From: Macrostomum hystrix
Lineage: Eukaryota > Animalia > Platyhelminthes
Reading direction: 5' to 3'
Length of the DNA stretch: 64,000 bases
Assembly: GCA_950097015.1 (NCBI GenBank)
Contig: CATNEN010000025.1
Coordinates: 7,564,001-7,628,000, forward strand
The position numbers were made by a program, and so were the translations under genes. Position 1 is the stretch's first letter; each line of letters starts with the position of its first letter. The notes beneath the pieces were generated by a model. That model had not been told where the DNA came from. It saw nothing but the letters and a program-made list of their open reading frames with translations, and searched no databases. Shown here piece by piece: positions 43,178 through 54,698 of this stretch.

Positions 43178-43816
43178 ATTAGTACAAAAATAAATTACCT
43201 TTCGAATGAATCTTTGTCCTAGAAATAAACACTTAACTAGTGATTATTAGATTTAAATCATATTTATGCAATAAAAATAGTATCTAACATTTTTTCGTTA
43301 ATCTCTCTAGACGTATTTATTAGAAATAATTATTTTTTGCAATTTTTCTCAAAAGAATGAAATTCATTCTTTTTTTCTGAAGTGTGCAGGCAGTATCTGC
43401 TGTTTTATAATAGGTATTTTCTCTCTATTCCAATCTTAGAAAAAGCAATAGTGATTCAATTTTGTATTCTTAAAATCTCGTACAGTTTTGTAGTTTACGA
43501 GTATCGTTACTCAAAGTTCAGTTTTTGCCGTGATACATACATTTTTTAACATTAACAATTACCATAATTTAAGATATCGAATTTTAAATATATTGAACAA
43601 TAAAATATTCATTTTGTATGTTGAAGCTTGCCGAGTGGCGAAGTTTGGCGTAAATAAAGATCAATATAGACGTATTAAGAAGAGCTATTAACCAATGTGG
43701 AAGAGATTCAGTTGTGTCAGAAGTTCAGAACACTCATCGTTGATAGTTCTTTAAAAATGGTGCCACATTTAATTTTTGCCCAACTGCTCACTGCACTACT
43801 GCTAGTAGCACTGCTG

Positions 43817-44378
43817 CGAGGGTTGTCATAAAATTCGCTGATATCTGCAAATATCAAAGAAGCAGAACAAAGAACAGCTTTGTTCTTCTTTGTCGCTTCT
43901 CAACATAGTCACACCCAAGCTGCACACATTTGTGCCATCTCTCTGGCAGCTTGCTGATGCCCTGGACGAATAATTCTGAAGGGGTCCCTCTCACCCACTG
44001 CTGATGGCCGTGCTGAGTGCAGGAAGGCTTCCATAGCGATGGCCACGAAGAGTCTCTTGATGGTTCTGCCTTCAGGTAGCCACTCGATCAGCAAGATGCC
44101 TTCTCTGTCCATTCACCTGCTGACTGCACCGCCTTGGCCTTGACCGGTGGGGTTTGGTGAGTAGGCTTCCAGACGCTGCTCTGCTGTTTGGTTTCCGGTT
44201 CGTAGAAGTGAAACTACGAGTACGGTTCATCACCGTCACCAGGCGGCCAAGAAAGTCGGGCTCGTTTTGATGGGCGCTGAGCAGGTGGCAGCACATCTGG
44301 ACCCCCTCTAGCAGCTGGACAGGAGAGAAGAAAGAGGCGCAATGAAAGTTTGTCAGCGTATTTTTGACACAACCCTCG
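43817..44378 (-). mobile_element. Internally deleted mariner transposon remnant
   Basis: Imperfect TIRs CGAGGGTTGT...AAAAT.CGCTGA at both ends, with TA at 44379-44380 (left flank reads TG). Frameshifted transposase pieces: FLGRLVTGDE, FHFYEPETKQQSSVWK, KAKAVQSAG, DREGILLIEWLPEGRTI, QGISKLPERWHKCVQLGCDYVEK. Confidence 0.88.
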
Positions 44379-44397
44379 TAGACTATTGAAACTGCGC

Positions 44398-44407
44398 AGC
44401 CAATCAG
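44398..44407 (+). promoter_or_regulatory. CCAAT (NF-Y) box upstream of the FGF gene
   Basis: AGCCAATCAG, full NF-Y consensus, ~125 bp upstream of ATG 44531, followed by a CpG-rich stretch. Confidence 0.5.
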
Positions 44408-44530
44408 GACGCGCGTCGCCCTGCTGCCCTTCTGCGAAGATAAAAAGCAAACGCGAGACGGCTTCACAACGTCGATCATCTGTCAAACGGAACTCTGATT
44501 CAGAACAGAAAACATTCAGAAAGACTAAAT

Positions 44531-47500
44531 ATGACACTTTATCTGCTTCTATTGCTGATTCTGCTGCTGCCCACACCTCCCTCTAGCGCCAAGTCGACGA
44601 TGCTGGCGCTGGACTTGACGCCGAGCTTAGGCGCCAAACTCATGCGGCGAAGCGCCGGGCCGTATCGAGTCGGCATCGACACCAAGCGGGCGGCCAAGGA
44701 GATCATCTGGCTGGGCAGTCGCGAGTCGCAGAAACCGCTGATTGTGGATTCTGAAGGCAACATCCGCGTGACGAAGCAGGACCGGCTCACTTCAGACGCC
44801 TGTGAGTGGCCAATTTTCCTTTGAAAGCAAGTCACCTGTTCGATAGTTTACCAACTTGTTAGGCAGTTTACCAACCTGCTAGGCAATATAGAAACCTGTT
44901 AGACAGCCTACAAACCTGTTAGACAGGATCTAACCTGTTAAATAGGATCTAACCTGTTAGACAGGATCTAACCTGTTAGACAGGATCTAACTCCTGTTAG
45001 ACAGTATCTAACCTGTTAAATAGGATCTAACCTGTTAGACAGTATTAAACATGTTAGACAGGATCTAACCTGTTAGACAGTATTAAACCTGTTAGACAGG
45101 ATCTAACCTGTTAGACAGTATCTAACCTGTTAGACAGGATCTAACCTGTTAGACAGTATCTAACCTGTTAAATAGGATCTAACCTGTTAGACAGGATCTA
45201 ACCTGTTAGACAGTATCTAACCTGTTAAATAGGATCTAACCTGTTAGACAGTATCTAACCTGTTAAATAGGATCTAACCTGTTAGACAGGATCTAACCTG
45301 TTAAATAGGATCTAACCTGTTAGACAGGATCTAACCTGTTAGACAGGATCTAACCTGTTAGACAGTATCTAACCTGTTAAATAGGATCTAATCTGTTAGA
45401 CAGTATCTAACCTGTTAAATAGGATCTAACCTGTTAGACAGGATCTAACCTGTTAGACAGGATCCATACTGTTAGACAGGATCTAACCTGTTAGACAGGA
45501 TCTAACCTGTTAGACAGGATCCATACTGTTAGACAGTATTAAACCTGTTAGACAGTATCTAACCTGTTAGACAGGATCTAACCTGTTAGACAGGATCCAT
45601 ACTGTTAGACAGTATTAAACCTGTTAGACAGGATCTAACCTGTTAGACAGTATTAAAACTGTTAGACAGGATCTAACTCCTGTTACACAGTATCTAGCCT
45701 GTTAAATAGGATCTAACCTGTTAGTCAGTATTTAACCTGTTAGACAGTATCTAACCTGATAGACAGGAGTAAAAGTGCTAGACATAACACCAACCAATGT
45801 GTTGGACTTTTACCATTGAAAAAAATGGAAGCTCTAGTTTTAGAATAAAGCTTTGATTTGAATTAACCAATTCACTTTAAAGTATTTTCTGCAAGTCTAA
45901 AGACAGAGCAGAAATGGGGCTGCACAGTGTGAAAGTCTTTAATTGACTATTACTTATTAAAAATTCAAAGTCCAATTAACTGTCTGGTTTTATTCTGAAT
46001 TTGTGTAAACGAAGCAGACAGTGACGCTTTTGCATTTCTGCTTTCGCTGCAATTCTGTCGCTTTTGTGTTACTTCGTGAACCTTTTTTTACTGCCTTCTA
46101 TGTTGATTTCTTTAATAGTAGTTCTGCTTTCAATCATTTGTTTGTTTATTAACGCCTAGTTAAATTTGAAAGAACAAATACTTTTCTAGTGCAAACAACT
46201 TAATATTTTGCGTATTAACAGTAGATAGACCACGCTATTTTTCCCTGGGGAAAGACGGTAATAATAATAATAATAATAATAATAATTGCAGGAGGGCTGC
46301 GGGCAGTGGCACATCATTTGGTGACACTAGACCCGCAGCCAGCGAGGAGGCAATTCTGCCCATTTCGCTGACTCCTGAGCACACACGCACACAGATACTG
46401 TACGCAGGCATACGCTCACACAGGTGTGTACATCTGCCCTGACTTTCTCATCGTCAGACAGTGTACACCTTCACTGTGCCTTGGAGGTTGGCCCTCAAAG
46501 GCGTAAATTGCACGACAAGCCCCCAAGCCTTCACTCCGCGGCTGCGCCCCAAATGAATGCGGCCTCGCCGTGGAATCGAACTTAGGGACCTTGGTGCGAG
46601 AGGCAAAAGCGTTAACCGTTCTGCCACCGACACCCTAAGGGAGAAAGACAATGGGGATATTTCAAATACTTCCTACTGCCTACTTAACGATAGCGATTTT
46701 CGTGAGAGTCCACCATATGGAGTTTTTCCGCCATTTACGATGAACTAAAACTTTCAAAACTAACTTTCAGCAAATATTGTCGTAGACCCTGTTTTCAAGG
46801 ACGAATCCGAATTAGTTTAAAAAATATAATAATTATCAAAACAATATGAACAAAAGCTGTAGCCGACATGTTTACATGCAGATAAAATTTTGTAAGCAGA
46901 AAAACTATGCCTGTTTGCTGATTTTTTGCCACCAGACCCCCGACGTTGAATATCTCGTCAATGCCGATGTTTTGTGATCTGGAAATTGTTTCGTTGGATA
47001 AAGCGGAAAATTTCGCACCTCTCGCACCAAGGTCCCTGAGCTCGATTCCGCGCGGCGAGGCCACATTCATTTGGGGCGCAGCCGCTAAGAGAAGGCTTGG
47101 GGGCTTGTCGTGCAATTTACGCCCATGAGGGCCAACCTCCAAGGCACAGTGAAAGTGTACACTGGCTGACGATGAGAAAGTCAGGGCAGATGTACACACC
47201 TGTGTGCGTGTGTGCTCAGAAGTCAGCGGAATGGGCAGAACTGCCTCCTCGAGTTCACCGAACAGTCAGCGCATGGTTTTCTGGCAGACTGCCAAGTTCC
47301 AAGTATTTTAAAAGACATTCACCGTTTAGGGAATAGATCCGCTTTCTATTGGATGAATTCACATGTGGAAATTTCACGGAAAAAAAGCTTGTCTGATTCA
47401 AGTTACCTAAGTGTGAGCACTCGTTTAGTGTGCTCAATGTGAATTTAGCCAAACAGTGCCTCCCTCCTCACCTACTACGCCCACGCATTCTTCCCCTAAT

Positions 47501-50500
47501 CCTCTTGCGTCTCCACCCAATGCGTACCTGGCCAATAAAGTCAGGTAGCGCAATTTCCCGCCTACGCATATTCCGTGGGTTTGGCCAAGTGCCAACCTTG
47601 GTGTAACAGAAAAATATGATTCATAGGTGATTTTTTTGTTTGAATTGCTTTCAGCCATTGATTTAGAAATAATTTACCTGTTCTGTAAACCAATTTATTA
47701 AAAATATTTTCAGTTTTTAACATTCAGATGGTGCTAAACTTCAGTACGGGACAGCCGCTGGTCCTTCCGGGTGAAAACTTGACAGAAACTGGCGAATTCA
47801 AATTTCTGATTCGAAGTCAAGTGGCTCACTTCTACATCTGCATGAGCGGTGATGGAAAAGTCTATACAATGGTAATAAAGATGGCTCATTATCCATGGAC
47901 CAGATTTAACTAAACTGCTATTTATCTGCCACTTCCATTAGCCTCAGATGATTTCCACTGATAGCAATCTGCCACTTCCATTAACCTCAGATGATTTCCA
48001 CTGATAGCAATCTGCCACTTCCATTAGCCTCAGATGATTTCCACTGCTATCAATCTGCCGCTTCCATTAGCCTCACATGATTTCCACTGCTATCAATCTG
48101 CCGCTTCCATTAGCCTCAGATGATTTCCACTGATAGCAATCTGCCACTTCCATTAACCTCAGATGATTTCCACTGATAGCAATCTGCCGCTTCCATTAGC
48201 CTCAGATGATTTCCACTGCTATCAATCTGCCGCTTCCATTAGCCTCAGATGATTTCCACTGCTACCAATCTGCCGCTTCCATTAGCCTCAGATGATTTCC
48301 ACTGCTACCACTGCCTCTTCCATTGATCATATTGATTAATAAAAAATGGAGAATTTAGACAATAATACTCTATAGAAAGTTTTGTTCTACACCTATAAGT
48401 GTTTAACAGAACTTTATTGCTGTTCACCAATAGAGTGAGGGGGAGAGGGGCCAGTGGGATGTGATGATGACATTGGCACATTGCCAAGAAAATTTAGTGC
48501 AGCAAATTGTAAAAATATTTCCTAAATTTTGGATTGGGATAAGACTTGAACGAAACACAGATTATTAAAAATGCTTAGCAGTTTGGAATCATAGTTAATT
48601 TTCTGAAGGATTATTTGGATAAAAAACTTATTTCTGTCGAGAAATTTGTGTTGACATTACACATTAAAATTAACTAAAAATTCTGTTTGCTAAAACGAAC
48701 AGGTAAATCCGGGAGAGGGATATCCTCGAAATAGGGAATCCTTGGAAGAGGGAAATCCCATGAAATAGGTGAACCCTGGAAATAGGGGGATTCCATGAAG
48801 AGGGGAATTCTGGCAGAGGGAAATCCCGGAATAGGGGAACTCCAGAAAACGGTAACATACCAGAAAGAGAGAAATCCCAGTTAAAGGGAATCTTGGAAAG
48901 AGGGAATCCCAGAAAGAGGGGAATCCCAGAAAGAGGGGAATCCCAGAAAGAGGGGAATCCCAGAAAGAGGGGAATCCCAGAAAGAGGGAAATCCCAGAAA
49001 GAGGGGAATCCCAGAAAGAGGGGAATCCCAGAAAGAGGGGAATCCCAGAAAGAGGGGAATCCCAGAAAGAGGAGAATCCCAGAAATAGGGGAATCCCAGA
49101 AAGAGGGGAATCCCAGAAAGAGGGGAATCCCAGAAAGAGGGGAATCCCAGAAAGAGGAGAATCCGAGAAAGAGGGGAATACCAGAAAGAGGGGAGTTCCA
49201 GAAAGAGGGGAATCCCAGATAGAGGAGAAGCTGCCGACAGAGAGAGATAGTTCAGAAGGACAAAAGTGAAATTGAGTTTGCTTGATTTTGGCAGACTTTG
49301 CAGAGAACTAGAACCTTCAACTCCGCAGAAAGTGCAAGCCAATCAACTGTCGGACGATTGTCTGTGGCGCGGCCGACTCCAATTCGATCCACTTGGCAGC
49401 GCTGGCAAGCAGCGCATGACCTCTCGGGTCACAATGGTGACCTTCAATAGCGCGTTGAATCCGTCCTCGACAGCGGCAGAAGAGGAGCTGGAAGGCGGGA
49501 ACAACGGAACGCAACGCAATCAGGCCAATATTCGCTGGTACCTATCCTTCGCGACGGACGGCGGAGCTCCGATAAACGCTCGCCATTCTCACCTGGGCGG
49601 CCAGATCAGAGTCATGGCCATTGAAGAGTTTGACACGAAGCCCCTAGCCGTGAATGCCAACCTGGATTTGGACAGCGTTGAAGTTGGCCAAGCAGGGGTG
49701 GTCCGGGTGGAAGCCCAGTCGTTGAATGCTGCCACCAGGCAGCGTCTGATTGAAAGCGAGGTCGGCGGCCGGAGCCGAGTTACTTACGTTTGTTCGGCCG
49801 CGGCGCAGGCCGCAGCTGAGCACTCGGAGTTGCGTTGGAATCAGAGTAGGCAGGTACTGTTCCAGCTGCAGCTGATGCGAAATCGCCTGAGACCTCTGGT
49901 TGGTCCGGCCGGGATTCGGCTAGTCAATCGCTTTTTGCTCAGGGACCTGGCGCTTGGCTTCCTTGACGACGAATCTGCCGGAGTTGTAAGGGCCGTCAGG
50001 CGTCAGGTAGTTCAACGGGGTAAGCGTCGACGTCGGAGTTTCAGACGACGTTTCCTGTGCAGGCGCGACCTGCTGACGCTGGCGTTTCAATCTTTCAGCG
50101 TGGCTCGGTGGCTGATTGAGCGCGACTGTCCGAGTATGGCTGCCGGCGGCGCCAAAGCTCGTCGCCAGCGCCAACGCCGGCGTGATCGGGTTCGACGCTC
50201 GTTGCTGCGACTTCTCCGACGGGCCGGAGGTGGCGGCGCCACCCGTGGAGGCAGTGTGTTGGCCGCTCTGCGAAATGCCTTGAACATGTCGCTGCCGTCG
50301 AAAGCTGAAATTCGCGAAGCTCTGCTCCGTCGCCGAGCTGAACGGAAGGAACGACTGCGGATCATGGCCGTCCGGCCCAAAGCTGGCGACCTGACTAAGC
50401 GGCTTCAACTACTGCGCTTGGAGGACTCCGTGATGTTCGCTCAGACTGTGCGACATTCGCAGCTAGACTTGCTACTGGACCGCCAGGCCGGTGCAAGCCG

Positions 50501-50678
50501 GAAACAGCGCACAAAGAGTGAGGCCGGGCAACGGAAGCAGCAGCAGCAGCTGAAGAAGAAGAAAAAAAAGAAAACGCGACTTCTGACAATGAAGCAGCTT
50601 GCCAAATTGCGTGAAAAGTGGCAAACCTTTCCAAAGTTCTATCAGAATATTTGTTCCGACTTTTATCCGAGCCATTAA
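44531..50678 (+). CDS. FGF: Secreted fibroblast growth factor ligand (FGF8/17/18-like core) with a long basic C-terminal extension, 3 exons, ~592 aa
   Basis: Exons 44531-44801 (T|gtgagt, phase 1), 47714-47871 (ATG|gtaata, phase 0), 49329-50678; total 1779 nt. Signal peptide MTLYLLLLLILLLPTPPSSA. Core motifs WLGSRESQKPLIV, FLIRSQVAHFYICMSGDGKVY, DDCLW, VTFNSA, WYLSFATDG..P align by eye with FGF8 [55 protein letters not shown]. The intron positions and phases match canonical FGF genes. Confidence 0.78.
44850..45770. repeat. 19-bp minisatellite (AACCTGTTAGACAGGATCT), FGF intron 1
   Basis: Tandem copies. Confidence 0.93.
46259..46630 (-). mobile_element. tRNA-derived SINE, apparently full-length copy
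   Basis: On the minus strand: A-box TGGCAGAACGG (46616-46626), B-box-like GTTCGATTCC (46572-46581), body, 3' stem-loop (GGCTGCGGG 46295-46303 / CCCGCAGCC 46332-46340) and an (ATT)9 tail (46259-46285). Confidence 0.82.
47018..47251 (+). mobile_element. Second copy of the same SINE, truncated at both ends
   Basis: Reverse-complement match to ~46345-46605 (cctctcgcaccaaggtccct..., ggcttgtcgtgcaatttacgcc, gagaaagtcagggcagatgtacacacctgtgtg). Confidence 0.85.
47925..48322. repeat. 43-bp minisatellite (CCTCAGATGATTTCCACTGATAGCAATCTGCCACTTCCATTAG), FGF intron 2
   Basis: Tandem copies. Confidence 0.93.
48710..49222. repeat. 17-bp minisatellite (GAATCCCAGAAAGAGGG), FGF intron 2
   Basis: Tandem copies, degenerate at the left edge. 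Confidence 0.92.
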
Positions 50679-50829
50679 ATTGCCGGCTTTTGATTGACGC
50701 ACTTGATGATGTTCGGTGATGTAAGTCATTGATGAAAGCGCGTCAATGACCGTCTTACGGCATTCGATCGAGAAAATTTTTTGCTACGAGCGTTGCTTCA
50801 TTGACTGAGCCATCCGTCATTTTTGTCAA

Positions 50830-50980
50830 GCCACGTGCATGTTTCACTCCCCAGTAAATAAAAACTCTTACCCCCTGACCCCTCTAGCCCCCTTTTAGCG
50901 CTGATTGGCTGGCGGACAATCAAGTCCAGTCACCCACCTCACTCCACCTGTTCGACTTCGCAGACTCACGCGCACGTGAC
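50830..50980 (+). promoter_or_regulatory. Candidate promoter (reverse CCAAT box plus E-boxes), possibly for the RIMBP-like gene
   Basis: CTGATTGGCT at 50901-50910; CACGTG at ~50832 and CACGTGAC at 50973-50980. Assignment to the downstream gene is inference. Confidence 0.4.
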
Positions 50981-53656
50981 TTGAAGTTTATTGTGAAAAA
51001 GCGCGTGTACCATAAGTTCCTCATTCCATTTCTACCAGTACAAGCTTAAGTTTTCGAATGCTAAAACAAAAAGCTAAAGCCTGCTCAAGTTCGTTAAGTT
51101 CAGTAATTGGGCCTTTTTAATCACAAATGCAAATCCTCAAATCATTTAATTGCTTATTACTCATTCTCAAATGTTTCTCATGCACACTGAACACTTGGCA
51201 GCTTGCTACAGCTCGAGTTTGAGTCAATATTCATTTGCTAGAATCACTTATTAACTATATTTGCAATAATTCAAATAGTTCCATTCTTTGCTATTTACAT
51301 TCTGTCCCATATCGCTAAGAAGTACATTGCGCGATTAATAAACAGAAGAAAGACAATGAGTAATACAAATATTACATAACTTTTTAAGACTGGATTCAAA
51401 GTTACACCTAAATACGACCGTAATACGATTTAAATATAAAATTGAATAATAAGATACTTGTTACAAGAACTTATATCTTTATATCAAATTAAGGGGGTTG
51501 TTTCACTAAGAAAAAATGTTTCGATGCTTTTTTCCACACCCAGAAGACTGGACCACCCAGCCGTCTGGAATAAGGGCGGCCCCAGGTTCTGGCACAGGCC
51601 ACAGGGGCAGCAGCTAAGCTGTGTGCTTGCTTAGGAGCCAACTCTGAAACTGCATGTTAGTTGATTTCAGTTTTAATGTTACTTTAGACTCCTGTTCCGT
51701 GCAAGCGATCTGGCCTTTGCATGGCTGCTGCTGCTGCTGCTGCTGCTGCTGCACCATGTCAAACTATTTATTCTTGCTGCCATTTTTCGCACTGTTGGCT
51801 TGAAGGACCCTAGTATAGAGGAATAGATTTTGAAGCTATTCAAATATACTCGCTCGTCGCTATTGATTGTTATTTGAGGATTCGATGATTAGAAGTCATT
51901 GCAGTAGTCAATTATGGTATTAATTGTCATTTGATCATTGGATCATTTTATAAATTAGATAAACCGTATAGTCATCTGTAAAGTGATTGGTTAATTTAAT
52001 GATCATTTTGTCATCGTCTAATGATCGATCTCAGCAATCCGGTCATTATCATAGTAGATTTACGACATTTATTATGCACGGAAAATAAAATTGAGCCATG
52101 ATGGATATGTATCAAATGTACAGTGTACAGTACGTAGTGTTCCCGGAATCAAATTGATGACATGTGCATTATTCATTTTCTCGCTGTTGTGATTTATAAA
52201 TGGCCACAAATTTTCGCAGTTACATGCGAATCAAAAATGCACAATATTTTAAATAAGATATAATTTTAGTTTGTCATCACTAACCAGCACGGGTGCAAAC
52301 TGCGACAAAATAGCAACTTTCTAAATAATCGAATTTCCTGATCATGCTTTCTGCTTATAAGCAAGTATACTTCTCTCTTATCTCTTCTGATTAATGAAAA
52401 ATAATATATATTTGCATGCTGCAGAAATAATATACATTTTGCAATTGTGTTTGTTACATATATAACTTAACAGAATTGCAACTAATCATAAAATTTTTTT
52501 GTTTAATCGCATGCAGTCCATCTGCTGACTGCTTTACCCAGTTACAAAGGACAACCTGATTTGGTCTAAGAAGTGCGTATAAGTGATATATTGCTTAGAT
52601 TATGAAATATATACGAACAAGCTACTTATAGTATATATCATATATGTGGATGAATCAATCGGTGTTTGTACAGGGAATTCGCCAATTTTTTTTCAGCACA
52701 ATAGGACGAAAATGTGATGACTGCTGATACGAGCGTTATTGTAATATAGACAAGAAATAAACAAAAACAGACATATTTTTATATGCTGCGTTTTGTGTAA
52801 TATAATCACACTGTTATTTTTATGACTATCTATCAGCTGATTGCACTCAGTGTTTTATTTACACAAAAGTGTTGTTCACCCACTGCCCGTTGATACTTAT
52901 TTAGCGGTGTTTTTTGTCACTTTGGTTATGGTTATAACAAGCATGCAGTCAATATTACATTTTGGATGAATATATTTATTATATAAATATACAAAACTTT
53001 TAAAAAATTATAAGTGACAAGATTTCAACTAGCAATTTGTTTTATAAATGCGTTCGAACGGCTTGGTGTCGACATTTGACTTTGTGATCATTTAAAAAAC
53101 GGATTTACATGTCGATCTATTCGATACCGGAGTCTAAAAATACGGATATGTTATATGCTTGAACCTGCTTATTTGAACCAGATATCAACCCGTCTAAAAG
53201 AATTTTAAGATTTTTTTCACGATTGGCTTAGCTAATAATAATAATATTAATCTTAATCTTAATTAATAAGATTGGCTTAGTTAATTTACAGTTTACAAAA
53301 TTTATGCCACCGTCAAACTTTTGCGCTTCTTTTCAGTTTTTGCCGTAGGAATTTATAAGTTAATACTGTGTTATGCTCTGTGTTTTGTAGTTAAGGAAAA
53401 ATAATTGCTTGTGTTAACTTCTGCTTGACAAATGCACGTTAGTTGAGAACAGAAATATGCAAATTGATTATTATCACAGTTTTGTTAATTATAATTTAAT
53501 TCCATTTTATTAATAAATAACATCAGTTTTTTCTAATAATCATAAATTTGTATTAACTGTTTTAAAGAAACGAACGAATTTAGATAATCATATTAAAAAA
53601 TGGACAAATTTAGTTAGAATCGATAGGGCATTTGGCATTTTTATAGCAAGCTAAGA

Positions 53657-54654
53657 ATGGTAACTGCACTTAATTACCAATTGTTCTTACAGCAGCAGCA
53701 GCAGCAGCAGCAGTCGTCGTCCGAGTCGGCCGAGTTAGCGCAGCTGCGCTCTGCTCTGTTGGCCCTAGAGGCCGAACTAGCCGCAGTTCGTTCTCGAGCC
53801 AAAAGCGACCGGGACGAAGCCGTGCGACAGGCGCTCGAGCTTCAGCGGCGCAGCATTCGAGCCCAGGGTGCGCCCGGCGCACAGCTGGCTGCCCGACTGC
53901 AGCGCGAACTGGCTTCGTTGCGCCAAGTCTGCCGCGAGCTGCAGGATCGGTTGGACAACACTGGCGGACAGGTGAGTCTATTTTGCCTGTTAGGTAATGA
54001 TGATACCTGTTCTAATGAACACCTGTTAGATAATGATGATACCTGTTCTAATGAACACCTGTTGGATAATGATGATACCTGTTCTACTGAACACCTGTTA
54101 GTTATGCCATTAAAATTTCATATTAGAAAGTAAAATACCCGTTCTCTAATTAGACTTGAAATTTATTAAAAACTGTAGAATCTTGTTTGTGTGCAAATAA
54201 AATTATGAAAACTATTTTGCAGCCTGACACAGTTTTATGGACTTCAATTGGTAAATGCACATGTATGGAAATGTAAGAATTCTTTTAAGTTTTGTATTGC
54301 TTTAAATCTCATTTTCTTCATTAGCATTAGCATTTTTACCTTTAGACACTGCGATCACACAATATATATTTTAGCCGTAAAGTGATATGAAAGTTTTTGC
54401 GCTCGAGTTAATATCTGCCACAGCCACAGCACTCTTGAGTGCAGCTATTTGGAAAATACGCTACTTTGAAACAATGTTCTCTTTATGATTTTCGTAGTTC
54501 CTACATTTTTTTATTCTGAATTCTATTTTACGCTTTTTGTCATTGCTCTAGTTATAGGCCTGGAGTTTCATATCAACTAGCAATAGAAATCTGTTTTTCT
54601 ATATAGTCTCCTCCAGGCGTGGACTCGGAAAATTCAGCAGTTGAAAGCGTTAGC

Positions 54655-54698
<44 letters not shown>

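Noticed and set aside
46556-46630. tRNA gene
   Set aside because: It has A/B boxes but no clear acceptor stem, and it continues into a multi-copy body and (ATT)n tail, so it is a SINE head.
52697-52740. Alternative first coding exon for the coiled-coil gene (ATG ACT GCT GAT ACG AGC GTT ATT|gt)
   Set aside because: Phase-compatible but too short to support without transcript data; in-frame ATG 53657 was used instead.
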